Origin: an uncultured Planctomycetota bacterium
GTDB taxonomy: Bacteria; Planctomycetota; Planctomycetia; Isosphaerales; Isosphaeraceae
DNA length: 64,000 nt
Direction: 5' to 3'
Assembly: GCA_963823665.1 (NCBI GenBank)
Contig: CAWGMQ010000011.1
Location: forward strand, 512,001 to 576,000
Every line of letters starts with the position of its first letter. Position 1 is the stretch's first letter. Of this stretch, positions 43,725 to 54,185 are shown in pieces. The position numbers and the translations under genes were made by a program. The notes under the pieces are model-generated. The model was not told where the DNA came from, made no database searches, and saw only the letters and a list, made by a program, of their open reading frames with translations.

Positions 43725-44390
43725 GTGCCACTCGCAGACCGAGGGCTTCGATGCCGAGATTGGAAAGCCGAACTTCGTCGTCACGGCGATCATGGCCCAC
43801 GAGCTCTGTCACACACTCCAGGGCCTCAGAAACTACCCGCTTCCAACGGTTCTCAAAGAGCTGCACGCCGACTTCCTGGCTGGCTGGGCGGTCAAGTACC
43901 TTCAAAGGGTCGGCAGCGCCCGATGTCGACGAGACCAAAATCTTCGGGTCGTTCTACAACAAGGGCGACGTTGAGTTCAACAACGAGCAACACCACGGCA
44001 CCAAAAAGGAACGCCTCGATGCCTTCCTCGCAGGCTTTGAGATCGAGGAAGATGACGTCAATGTGGCGTTCGACCGGGGTGACGTGTATGTCAGAAATCT
44101 ACGGATCCGAGACGCGCGGGAGTATTTCGCCAGGAACCTCAGCGTGTACTACGTGGCTGTCGGCAGCCCCGACGGCACATTTGGACTGAAGGTCACCCGC
44201 CCCCCCCGCAGCAGACTCGCCCGTCGGCCGAGGCGGGATCGAGGTTGGCGACGTGATCGTCTCGCTCGACGAACTGCCGATTCGAACTCCCGATGACGTC
44301 GCGAGGCACTTTGGGACCACTACCGTCGTGGTGATCGACGTCAGAACTGGGCAACCCCAGCGAACCGTCATCGAGCTTCCGCAACCCTGA
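43722..44390 (+). pseudogene. 5'-truncated zinc metallopeptidase-PDZ gene with two frameshifts
   Basis: AHELCH...KELHADFLAG in one frame, HHGTKKER in a second, SPVGRGGIEVGDVIVSLD (PDZ) in a third; shifts near 43920 and 44200. Confidence 0.7.
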
Positions 44391-44408
44391 TGGATGGAGA
44401 GAGCGGCC

Positions 44409-44728
44409 GGGGATCCCAGACACCCATCCTTTGTCTCAGGGATCCCAGACACCCATCCTTTGTCTCACGGCCCCCGCATCCATTCATTCGCGGCTCGCAC
44501 GCTCGGCGGAATACCACGGGATCCCAGACACCCATCCTTCGGGATCCCAGACACCCATCCTTTGTCTCACGGCCCCCGAATCCACTCATTAGCGGCTCGC
44601 ACGTTCGGCGCAAAACCACGGCCTCTGGTCATTTCCAACACGCAGAAGGCCAGTGCCCGACGCTCGGCAAACGGTGGGTGTCTGACATCCCTCTGACATC
44701 CCCGACGTTCGGCAAAAGGTGGGTGTCT
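44409..44728 (+). repeat. REP-like element copy 3, with four GGGATCCCAGACACCCATCC starts and a duplicated target site
   Basis: Stuttered left end; empty site GGGTGTCTGACATCCCTCTGACATCCCC precedes the filled site. Confidence 0.9.
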
Positions 44729-45306
44729 TTGCGTCAGGAAAGCTCGAGAAAGGAGGAAGTGCCTCGAAACACAGAAACCTTTCATCGCGACCCTGCGGGT
44801 TAACGAATCCCGCCCGGCAGAGCCTGGCCGGCAGCCGGAAGCAAGTCTTGCGTGGGGAGGGGTGACCCTCACTGCGAAGCGTAGACAGCGAGTCTCCATG
44901 CCATGCTATCGAGCCCCGAAATACTCATCGTGGGAGCCTCCGTTGTAGACACAAGCGGGGGCCGTGTCGACACGCCGCAATGGCCTGGCGTGTTCGGTCC
45001 TGCCGGGGTCCAAGAACATGGCGCAGGGACGCGAGGGTTGCTCGGGAACCTGAGAGCCCCATCCGTCTCCACTGACATTTCCGGCTCGGGAACCGGAATA
45101 CCAACTCCCCGGCCCACGACCCCGCGTCGGGTCGCTGGGAGCGAACAGGACGCAAGGGTGGTATCGCCACACGAAGGCAACGAAGTGCGGCGAAAGGGGC
45201 GGATGGGAGTCGGAGCGTCTCGTAGTACCGTTGAAGCCGGGGAACCACTCCGAGGGACCCGGTGGAGGGAAGGAGACGCCATGTCACACAACCGTTGGAG
45301 GGAAAC

Positions 45307-46658
45307 ATGGCGGGTGCATCGGAACCCGTGGACGTGTCCACGAAACAACAACGGATAGCGGAACTCGCTCGGCGAAGCCCGGAGATGGGATTCACATCCC
45401 TGGGGCACTTCATCGACCTCGATTGGCTGCTCACAGCTTACTACCGGACCCGCCAAGACGGGGCGGTGGGCGTAGACGGACAAGATGGCGAGGCCTACGC
45501 AGCGAACCTGGTCCCGAACCTACGGTCGCTGCTGGAACGAGCCAAGTCCGGTACGTACCACGCACCGCCTGTGCGGCGAGTGCATATCCCCAAGGCAGGC
45601 TCAGCGACCGAAACCCGGCCACTGGGAATCCCGACCTTCGAGGATAAAGTGCTCCAGCGTGCTGTCGTGATGGTTCTGGAGGCGATATACGAGCAGGACT
45701 TCAAGAACTGCTCGCATGGCTTCCGGCCCGAGCGATCGGCACACACTGCGTCAGAGAGCCTGTGGCAACAGACGATGAACATGAAGGGCGGATGGGTAGT
45801 GGATGTGGACATTCGTAAGTTCTTTGACACGATTGACCACGGCCATCTACGCGACTTCCTCAAGCGTCGGGTGCGAGACGGAGTGCTGCTCCGGCTCATC
45901 GGCAAATGGCTCAATGCGGGCGTCTTCGAGAACGGGTGCGTTACGCACCCCGAAATGGGGTCGCCACAAGGGGGTGTGATCAGCCCGATCCTTTCGAATA
46001 TCTTCCTGCACTACGTGCTGGACGAGTGGTTCGAGCGGGAGGTTCAGCCTCGGATGATGGGCAGATCGTTCTTGATCCGCTATGCGGACGACTTCGTCAT
46101 GGTCTTCTCATGCGAGTCCGACGCACGGCGTGTGATGAATGTGTTGCCCAAACGCTTTGAGAAGTACGGCTTGACCATCCACCCGGACAAGACGCGGCTG
46201 GTGCCGTTCGAGCGGCCATCGGACCGTCCCAAACCGGAAGGCAGACCCACACGAACTCCACCAGGGACTTTCGACCTGCTGGCGTTCACCCATTACTGGG
46301 GTCGCTCCCGGCAGGGTCGCTGGGTGGTGAAGCGCAAGACGTCCAAAAGTCGATTTCGCCGCAGCCTGCGAACGTTGGCGGATTGGTGTCGCAAAATCGC
46401 CATCAACCGCTCAAGGTGCAGCACCGGATACTAGGTCAGAAACTGCTAGGCCACTATGCCTACTACGGAATCACCGGCAACTCCAAAATGTTGTCACGGT
46501 TTCGCAGTGGTGCCACCTGGCTCTGGCAGCACTGGCTGTCGCGCCGCGGGCGCGGCCGTCGGATGACATGGGAACGGTTCGCTCGGTTCCTGAAGCATAA
46601 ACCGCTTCCGGCAGCGATTGCGATCCACTCAGTATGCCGTCTCGTAGCGAACAAGTGA
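45307..46658 (+). CDS. ltrA: group II intron reverse transcriptase/maturase without an endonuclease domain; frameshift at the A4 run 46393-46396
   Basis: GVDG, RPLGIPTFEDK, GFRP, DIRKFFD, GSPQGGVISP, YADD. The maturase X motif GHYAYYG is in ORF 46383..46658. GGAGG lies upstream. Confidence 0.92.
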
Positions 46659-46705
46659 CATGACGAGCCGGGTGCCTTAATTGGGCAAGCCCGGATCTGT
46701 GGGAG

Positions 46706-49125
46706 TCGCGAAACGAAGCTGCGGATGAGTCTGTTATGACTGGATTTGCAACCAGGACATAACCCGATGTACGACCACCGGAACCCTACCAGGACGTGCG
46801 GCCGGAGCAATCCGACCGTGCGAAGCTCTTGGGACAACGTAACCTCACCTTCGGGTGGTTGGATATCCCGTGAGGGAATCCGGCGACTGCGAACGCCAAT
46901 GCGGTCGGGGGCCAGGGGTGGATGGCATGGCTAATCCAGGTGAACTGCCGATAAACGTCGTGAGATCCAACAAGCCAAAGGCGCTGAGAGGCTTGAACCA
47001 AAAAGGTACGTGGCCAGGTACAGTGGGATTTCCCATCCCCTGTCGTCGTCATCCGAGCCACCGGCGGAGAGGCAGAGCCTAAACCATCCGTGATTCATCC
47101 GTGGAACGTGGTAAGCCCGTCGCCCTCCCTTCGGGGTAGGACCGTCGTAAGGCGTCGCCGATGGGGCGGCGGGTGGAGGATGAGGGAGCAAGCCAATGCC
47201 GTTCGGTAGTCGATCGGATAGAGGGTGAGTCCTCCCACGGACGACATCCCCTCACCGCGAAAGCGGTGCCGACTTCCCTCAGGTGTTCCGTCACGAGAGA
47301 ACCTTGGCCAACCGACTCAGGGAGACAAGCAGATATGTCGGCGGCAGAAATGCTTGCTGGTGCGGCTCCCGAGCTTACGCCCGACTGGCACTCCATCGAA
47401 TGGAAGAAAGTCTGGCGCACAGTCCGTCGGCTCCAGGCGCGTATCGTGAAGGCTGTTGCGGAGGGCAGATGGAATAAGGTCAAGGCTCTGGTTTATCTGC
47501 TCACGCACTCGTTCAGTGGCCGGGCCCTGGCCATTTTGCGAGTCATCAGTAATTCGGGTGCGAAGACTCCCGGTGTGGACGGAGTTCTCTGGAACACACC
47601 GGAAGCCAAGTCGGCTGCTTTCAGCACTCTGCGTCGGCACGGTTACCAACCGCAACCGCTCCGCCGGGTGTACATTCCCAAAAGCAACGGCAAGCGACGT
47701 CCTCTCGGAATTCCCACCATGTCAGATCGAGCCATGCAGGCATTATACTTGCTAGGCCTCGATCCCATTGCGGAATCTCGAGCCGACGGCCATTCCTATG
47801 GCTTTCGGCTGGAACGTCGTTGTGCCGACGCCCTGGAACAATCTCATATTGTCTTGGGTAATCGGAGCGGTCCAGCATGGATTCTCGAAGGGGACATCAA
47901 AGCTTGCTTTGATCGCATCAGTCATGACTGGCTCTTGACGCACGTCCCCATGGACCGGCAGTTGCTCGGGCAATGGCTGAAAGTGGGTTTCCTGGAGAAG
48001 CACGCCTGGTTCGCCACCACGGAAGGAACACCTCAAGGCGGGATCATTTCACCCGTCCTGGCGAATTGGACTCTGGATGGACTGCAACGGCTGTTGGCGG
48101 AACAGTTCGCCGAGAAGCACGGGCGACAACGGAAGTTTAAAGTCCACCTGGTCCGCTATGCGGATGACTTCTTGATCACGGGCATCTCAAAGGAACTCCT
48201 CCGTGACCAAGTGCAACCTCTCGTGGCTCATTTCTTGAAGGAACGCGGCTTGGAACTTTCCCACGAGAAAACCCAGATCACGCATGTGGAGGATGGCTTC
48301 GATTTCTTGGGGCAGAATGTGCGACGCTATCGCTGCGGCAAGGTGTTCACCAAGCCGTCCTTGCGAAACGTGAAGACGTTCTTGAACAAGATACAGGAAA
48401 CGATCGACGGCTCGGGCAGCCTAACGGCAGGAGAGATGATCTGGCGTTTGAATCAGCAGATCAAGGGCTGGACCATGTACCACCGTTACGCGGCGAGCAA
48501 GCGCACTTTTACGTACGTGGATCACCGGATTTTCCAGAAATTGTGGCGTTGGTGTCGACGACGGCACCAGAACAAAGGCCGGAGGTGGATCAAGGAGAAA
48601 TACTTCCAGCAAGACGGTTACCGCCACTGGGTCTTCACCGGTACGCTGTTTGACCAGAAAGGCCAAGGCCGGCCGATCCAGTTGATGGAAGCAGCCAAAG
48701 TGAAGATCATTCGTTATGTGAAGATCCGGAGCGACGTGAATCCCTACGATCCGAAGTGGGAACTGTACCTGGAAGCACGACTGGGTTGGCAACTGAGCCA
48801 AACGCTGGCAGGTCGGGGTCGGATCGAATACTTATGGAAGGAACAAGAGGGACGATGCGTGGTCTGTGGTCAACCGCTGCGGATCGCAGAGGAAGACTTG
48901 CATCTCCACCATCGCATCTGGCGCAGCCGGGGCGGTTCTGGCACAGCCGACAACCTGGAGTTGTTGCATGCCAACTGTCATCGGCAGATCCATGTCCAAG
49001 AACGACTGACGAAAGCGGCCGCGTCCTGCGAGGGGCGTTCGTGAAGGCTTGAGCTGCATGAAGGGAAACTTTCACGTGCAGTTCTGAGGGGAGGGGGTGG
49101 CGGTAACGTCACCTCCTTACCCGGC
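46706..49125 (+). mobile_element. second group II intron (chloroplast-like class by recall), nested in DVI of the outer intron
   Basis: Starts TCGCG. DV GAGCTGCATGAAGGGAAACTTTCACGTGCAGTTC at 49051-49084; ends TTACCCGGC. Removing it restores the outer GGGAG/CCTTGGGGG DVI. Confidence 0.9.
47335..49044 (+). CDS. ltrA: group II intron RT/maturase with a C-terminal HNH endonuclease
   Basis: WHSIEW...[42 protein letters not shown]...HH...[10 protein letters not shown]. Confidence 0.95.
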   Translation: MSAAEMLAGAAPELTPDWHSIEWKKVWRTVRRLQARIVKAVAEGRWNKVKALVYLLTHSFSGRALAILRVISNSGAKTPGVDGVLWNTPEAKSAAFSTLRRHGYQPQPLRRVYIPKSNGKRRPLGIPTMSDRAMQALYLLGLDPIAESRADGHSYGFRLERRCADALEQSHIVLGNRSGPAWILEGDIKACFDRISHDWLLTHVPMDRQLLGQWLKVGFLEKHAWFATTEGTPQGGIISPVLANWTLDGLQRLLAEQFAEKHGRQRKFKVHLVRYADDFLITGISKELLRDQVQPLVAHFLKERGLELSHEKTQITHVEDGFDFLGQNVRRYRCGKVFTKPSLRNVKTFLNKIQETIDGSGSLTAGEMIWRLNQQIKGWTMYHRYAASKRTFTYVDHRIFQKLWRWCRRRHQNKGRRWIKEKYFQQDGYRHWVFTGTLFDQKGQGRPIQLMEAAKVKIIRYVKIRSDVNPYDPKWELYLEARLGWQLSQTLAGRGRIEYLWKEQEGRCVVCGQPLRIAEEDLHLHHRIWRSRGGSGTADNLELLHANCHRQIHVQERLTKAAASCEGRS

Positions 49126-49318
49126 CCTTGGGGGAGCGATCCCCCAAGGCGACCCGGCGACATCCCTGACATCCCCTAAGCGTGATAAGTAAACGGCAGG
49201 GGAAGAGTCGGACGGTCGCTGGAAGCTAACTCCCACCGACGTAGTGACCCTAACGGCAGGCCCACCAGGTCGCCGTCGGCGGGGTGTAATTACAGCGCGA
49301 GCTCGTTATGATAAATCC

Positions 49319-49585
49319 ATGAACGAAACCCAAGCGGTGCGAAATCTAGACGGCCTGCTCGACCCTTTGAGCCACTGCCTCGACGACGAGTCAGCGCGAC
49401 GAGTGGTCGATTTCCAGGTCGACCCGAACGTGCAGGCAAGAGTCGACGTTCTCGCCGAACGCGCAAACGAAGGTCTCCTAACCGATGATGAGCGGTCTGA
49501 GTATGAGGCTTTCATCTCCGCGGCGCATGTGATCACAATCCTGAAATTGAAGGCCCGGCGAAATCTCAGTCGAACCGGTGCGTAA
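49319..49585 (+). CDS. small hypothetical protein (antitoxin-like partner upstream of the HNH gene)
   Basis: QARVDVLAERANEGLLTDDERSEYE; ends 2 nt before the HNH fragment. Confidence 0.7.
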   Translation: MNETQAVRNLDGLLDPLSHCLDDESARRVVDFQVDPNVQARVDVLAERANEGLLTDDERSEYEAFISAAHVITILKLKARRNLSRTGA

Positions 49586-49587
49586 CC

Positions 49588-49713
49588 GTGGACAAAGCCA
49601 CGCGGGACCTCGTCCGATCGCGAGCCAACGGACGCTGCGAGTACTGCCTACTCCGACAAGAACATGTCTCACTAACGCACCACATCGAACGGTGGGTGTC
49701 CGACATCCGCTAG
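49588..49713 (+). pseudogene. HNH endonuclease N-terminal fragment truncated at the repeat site
   Basis: VRSRANGRCEYCLL...HHIE runs directly into CGGTGGGTGTCCGACATCC and stops. Confidence 0.8.
49688..49708 (+). repeat. isolated empty target-site variant of the REP-like element
   Basis: AACGGTGGGTGTCCGACATCC. Confidence 0.8.
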
Positions 49714-49806
49714 AGAACTCCCAGCGCGCGTCCGGCATCGGTCGGTCACGTATCGTAGTCGCCGCTGTCCCACGGCTCGTAGAACGCCATGTACTTCCCC
49801 TCCTGG

Positions 49807-51468
49807 TCAAGGGTTCGCCACCAGGACCGGTACCTGCACACCCTGCCAGATCGCGTGGTCGACGTCGTCCTGCACGAAGGCCACGATGGCCAGGTCGTCG
49901 AGGTCGATCGGCGGGAGCGGGTTCGGGAACGATCGGCCTGCGCTGCCGGGGAACTTGTCGACATAATCCGTCTGGGCCTTTCGCACATCGGACAGCTTGA
50001 CCACGAGGTCGACCGAGGCCTTGCCTCCCTCGAGCGCCTTGCCCGGAACGCCGCCGGGGAACGCCCGAACGACGTTGTGGTGGAACCGAAGCTTGTTGCC
50101 GCCGGGATAGCGCACGGATTCCTCGACTAGCACGAGCCGGAGCCTGGGCTTGGCGCTGTTGGAGGCGCCTTCGGCCTTGGCGGTCGCGTTGATCTTGAGC
50201 GAGTCGCCGGTCCGGGTCGCGCTCAGGGTGATTTCCGCCTGCTTCGACGTCTCGAGGGCAGGGTCGATCAATCCCCGATACTGCGTGTATTTGGCCTCGG
50301 CGCGCTGCATCGGGCCGCCTCCACCGGCGGCCTGCTTGCCCTGGAAGAACGTGCTGGGCGTGCCCCGGATTTCGGTGCCGTAGTACTTCTGCCGGGCGAC
50401 GGTGTCGTCGTTGGTCAGAGGGTCGGGACCGGGAATGTGAAGGTGGTATTGCAGGCCAATGAACTCGGTTGGCTTGTACGACTTGAGCAGGGCGTCGAAA
50501 CCGACATCGGCTGCGACGCACGGGGGGCACTCGGCCCCGGTGAAGATCTCCATGACCACCACGCGCTCGGCCTTGGTGTTCTTGCGGCCGCCGAAGGTCT
50601 GGGGCTTGAACGGCGGGACCGTCTTGTGATACTCCTCGTCCAGCTTGGCGTCGAGCTCCTTGACCTTGGCAAGGTTGGCGTCGGCGAGGTCGATCTTGCC
50701 GGCGAGTCGAGCCGACCGGGCGAGCATCCCACTGATAGAGGCGCGCACCTCGAGGGGGGCGTCGGCGGGCAGCGCGGCCTCGGCCGCAACCGCGAGTTCG
50801 GTGGCGAGCCCGGCAAAGTCCTTCTTGTCCTGCAGAGCCCTTAACGCCCGGGTGCGGATGTCAGTCACCCATTCAGTCCCGTAAGGGATGGCGTCATTGG
50901 TCCAGTTTTCGACGTGCTTGCGAACCTCGGCCTCGGACAGGCCGGCCTTATCGGCCACGCTCAGCATCGAGGCATAAGCGACGGCGTTGTACGGCTCGCC
51001 GTTCTCATGAATCAAGGCCAGCAGCTTGGCCACCTTGGCCTTGCCATCGGCCTCGCGCATGGCCTCCGACACGTTGGGACGGCTGCCCGCGTTCGATAAG
51101 GGCGCGACCTTCTCGGCGTCGGTCTTCTCCAGCCGCGCCGGGTACTTCGATGTCGCGTAATTGACAACGCCGCGGGCCTTGCCATCCGGCCCCACCTTGC
51201 CACGGAACGAGAGTGCGACCCCGCTGCCGGGGAAGTTGAGCGTGACCGCGTCTCCCTCGATCTTCCCCTCGGCCTTGCGTTCGCCCAGCATGGCCTGGGT
51301 GCTGAGCGCGCTGCCGGAGAGCGCACCGTCCGAGGCTTTTTTGAGATCAACGATCAGGAACTCGTCGTACCCGAACGGCAAGACCACGAGCTTCCACTTG
51401 CCGGCGAGGTCGGGCGGGGCGGCACCTGTGAGGGCCAGGGCTAGAACGGCGGTCGCGAGTCTCCACAT
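49807..51468 (-). CDS. secreted protein with a thioredoxin/Omp28-like CxxC domain
   Basis: Signal peptide; EIFTGAECPPCVAAD, LQYHLHIPGPDPL, HHNVVR. Confidence 0.75.
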   Translation of the reverse strand: MWRLATAVLALALTGAAPPDLAGKWKLVVLPFGYDEFLIVDLKKASDGALSGSALSTQAMLGERKAEGKIEGDAVTLNFPGSGVALSFRGKVGPDGKARGVVNYATSKYPARLEKTDAEKVAPLSNAGSRPNVSEAMREADGKAKVAKLLALIHENGEPYNAVAYASMLSVADKAGLSEAEVRKHVENWTNDAIPYGTEWVTDIRTRALRALQDKKDFAGLATELAVAAEAALPADAPLEVRASISGMLARSARLAGKIDLADANLAKVKELDAKLDEEYHKTVPPFKPQTFGGRKNTKAERVVVMEIFTGAECPPCVAADVGFDALLKSYKPTEFIGLQYHLHIPGPDPLTNDDTVARQKYYGTEIRGTPSTFFQGKQAAGGGGPMQRAEAKYTQYRGLIDPALETSKQAEITLSATRTGDSLKINATAKAEGASNSAKPRLRLVLVEESVRYPGGNKLRFHHNVVRAFPGGVPGKALEGGKASVDLVVKLSDVRKAQTDYVDKFPGSAGRSFPNPLPPIDLDDLAIVAFVQDDVDHAIWQGVQVPVLVANP

Positions 51469-51733
51469 GGTTGAACTCCTGGTGGGGGGACGGAAACGAG
51501 ATGCACCCAGTATCGAAATCGATCCGCCTTTTCGGGATCAGTCACTCTTATGCCCAGAACAGCCAGAGTAGCACCCCGCGGGCTGGTTTACCACGTCCAG
51601 GACCGCATTTCCCGTCGCGTTCAAGGATGAGCACCCGAGCACCCGAGCCGGGGACTGAGAAGCCCGTTGGCCGCGTCATTGCCGCCTTACCCGAAGGACC
51701 GCTGAAGCAAGTCTTGAGAAGGATGGCGGTCGC

Positions 51734-51897
51734 AGGGATTCCAGGGGATTCCAGACACCCATCCTTTTGTCACGGCCCTCCGCATCCACTCATTCGCGGC
51801 TCGCACGTTCGGCGCAAAACCACGGCCTCTGGTCATTTCCAACACGCATAAGGCTAGTACCCGACGCTCGGCAAACGGTGGGTTTCTGACATCCCCC
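51734..51897 (+). repeat. REP-like element copy without an intron
   Basis: Full core ending GGTGGGTTTCTGACATCCCCC (G-to-T change in IBS1). Confidence 0.9.
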
Positions 51898-51898
51898 T

Positions 51899-52576
51899 GC
51901 GAACGACGACGGCACCAGCAGCGGAACCCGATTGTGGCTTCGTCCGGTCGGCTGGATGGCGGCCGGCGCGCTGGTCGGCCTGGCCGATGGGCTCTTCGCG
52001 CTGTCACCAAACCGGATGCGCAACGGCTTGATCGGCGGACTGGCCGGCGGCCTGATCGGAGGCATCCTCTTTGATCCGATCAAGGCGCTGGTGGCGCGGA
52101 CCGCCGGCGCGGGCGATCCGGCCCTCCCGTTCGAGATCACCAGCCGCGCGGCCGGGTTCGTCGCAGTCGGCCTCCGCATCGGCGCGGCGGTAGGGCTGAC
52201 GCACCTTTTGCTCAAGCACGCCCGGCTGACCGTCCTCGACGGCGACCGGCCCGGCCGGCAAGTGATCCTCACCGGCAGCGGCGCGACTCTGGGAAGCGAC
52301 CTGGGCGCCGGCCTCCCGTTCCTGCGCGACGCCGACCCGACCCTGCTGCCCACCCATCTGCGCATCGAGCGCAGCCGCGATGGCTCCTTCTCGCTCCTGG
52401 CCGCATCTCCGGCCGCCGATGCCGATGTCACCGTCGTGAAGCAAGGCATCCGCCAGATGCGTTCGCTATTAGACCAAAGTGCGAAAGGCATCAGTCTCGA
52501 ATCTGACGGCCAATCGAGCGAAGAGGATCACTTCGCGCGGGCAGTGCCCACAACCTGGTCTGACGTGACCGACTAG
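51899..52576 (+). pseudogene. 5'-truncated membrane protein with an FHA-like domain
   Basis: The frame opens right after the TGA inside the repeat end. Gly-rich TM helices precede LTVLDGDRPGRQVIL...LGSD...HLRIE. Confidence 0.6.
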
Positions 52577-53646
52577 GTCCCGGATGCGCACTCGAGTGCA
52601 AGCGTGATGAACTTGGGAAGCATTGCAATCAACTCGCGAGCGAACACGTCGAACTCGATCGGTTCGTTCCGGCCGACGATCGGTAGGAAACGCGCTCTCT
52701 CGGCGGCTTCGACGTCTGAGACCAGTGAGCGACGTGCCCGGAGAGTTGTCGATCCATCGAGAGTCGTCAATCGGATTGTGCTTCGGTGCTCAAGCACCGG
52801 CTTTCTCAGGAACGTGCCGACACGCAGCTTGACGGCCAGCGCGATGTCCGCGTGAGTCTCCTCGAGGATTTTCCGCTGGGCAGCCTCTCGACTGCGAGTG
52901 GTTCCCTGCAAGACACCCAGCCCGGGTGCCGCGAAAGTCCGGGTGTGCAACACACGCCCGATGTCACTTCCGATTGGGTTAAGCACCATGAGTGGTGACG
53001 ACTTGACGAAAGGCTTCTTGCGCAATTCCCTGTACGCGGGACTCGCGAGCAAGTCGGAGTCGCGGACAGGCTCCAGCCTTCGATTGCGGAGGTCCTTCAC
53101 GAAGGCCGCATAGAGCTCGGACGCCAAAGCTTCCTGCTGCTCCTCGGGCATCTGCGTGTTCTTGCGCCCCACCCCGATCACCTGAAGGGCCCCGCTGGGG
53201 ATCATCACGAGGGGCGCAACGGGCATCACCACGAAGGCCGCGACAGGGTACACAACGGAGGTTAAAGACAGCGCCGTGTTCGGCATGAGCTTGAACATCG
53301 GCTGCCGCTCCAGCGCCGGCTGGAACTGGAGGTCCACCAGCTCGACCTCAAACTCCGTGACGACCACCCGCCTGCCCTTTGCGAGGGCTGCCCCCGGCTC
53401 GAGCGGTCCCTCGCGTTTCCAGTAGCCGGCCGGGACCACAGACTCGTCAGCACGTGCGGGAACCGCGTTGACCGATGCTGCTTTTGGCGGCGGATCCGCC
53501 AGTACTTCCGAAGCTCGTCGCGGCGGGCTAAAGCACCCGGGCACGAGAGACAGAACGAGCAGGGCACCGACGCGCGCCGAAAGGCCCCGAGCTCGTTCGC
53601 GACGGCATGACGGGTTTATCACTGGCACCCTTCCGGATCGATTCAT
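52573..53646 (-). CDS. hypothetical lipoprotein
   Basis: LLVLSLVPGC lipobox; 357-aa ORF. Confidence 0.65.
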   Translation of the reverse strand: MNRSGRVPVINPSCRRERARGLSARVGALLVLSLVPGCFSPPRRASEVLADPPPKAASVNAVPARADESVVPAGYWKREGPLEPGAALAKGRRVVVTEFEVELVDLQFQPALERQPMFKLMPNTALSLTSVVYPVAAFVVMPVAPLVMIPSGALQVIGVGRKNTQMPEEQQEALASELYAAFVKDLRNRRLEPVRDSDLLASPAYRELRKKPFVKSSPLMVLNPIGSDIGRVLHTRTFAAPGLGVLQGTTRSREAAQRKILEETHADIALAVKLRVGTFLRKPVLEHRSTIRLTTLDGSTTLRARRSLVSDVEAAERARFLPIVGRNEPIEFDVFARELIAMLPKFITLALECASGT

Positions 53647-54185
53647 CCCTGATTCTCCGGATCAAACCCACGCTCTATAGACAAGGAACAGTACGGCCCA
53701 GTTTGCGACGGCGCCCGCGAAGAGTACCCGATCTCATCAAAAACGCATATTCGTCTTGTTGACATTGTCAATTTTTAACCGCCCATGCATGGTGCTCGGC
53801 ACTCGAGCTCACCTCACCTAGCTAGATCTTGCTCGCGCGCTAGACCTGACGCCCGCTCACCGAATGAAACTCGTCGCAATCGAATGCGCTTTCTGGACCG
53901 CGATCCCTTGGGTGTAGTACACTTAATTCGCCGCGCTCAACCGTCACGTGACTGCTCTTGCGGTTACCCCGAGATCCAACGTTCTCTGTTCCACGGGATC
54001 GCGACTATGGCAGTGGTCGGACGGCGAACCGTTGCTCGCGTCGTTGAACAGTGTTCTCGTGGCTCTTCGACGCCATGATCTGGATGAGAGACCGGGCGAC
54101 GAGACGTTACCTGCCCGTCAGAGGGCGAGGGATTTGGCCGTTGGTCGTCGCTTGATGAGAATCTTTCCACTCGGGAGGGCCGCTG

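Larger units (their letters stand above)
44729..49158 (+). mobile_element. RT-encoding group II intron (outer intron of a twintron; own sequence 44729-46705 plus 49126-49158)
   Basis: About the first 490 nt are near-identical to the ORF-less copies. DV is at 46665-46697; DVI resumes at 49126 and ends ACCCGGC before GACATCCC. Confidence 0.92.

Noticed and set aside
47232..47238. CTCCCAC as EBS1 of the inner intron
   Set aside because: It is complementary to the target but lies after the apparent end of domain I (about 47110), in the DIII region. The loop at 47030-47035 is better placed.
45307..49044. Retron, DGR or CRISPR-associated RT
   Set aside because: Both RTs have maturase X domains and are followed directly by DV/DVI, which marks them as group II intron proteins.
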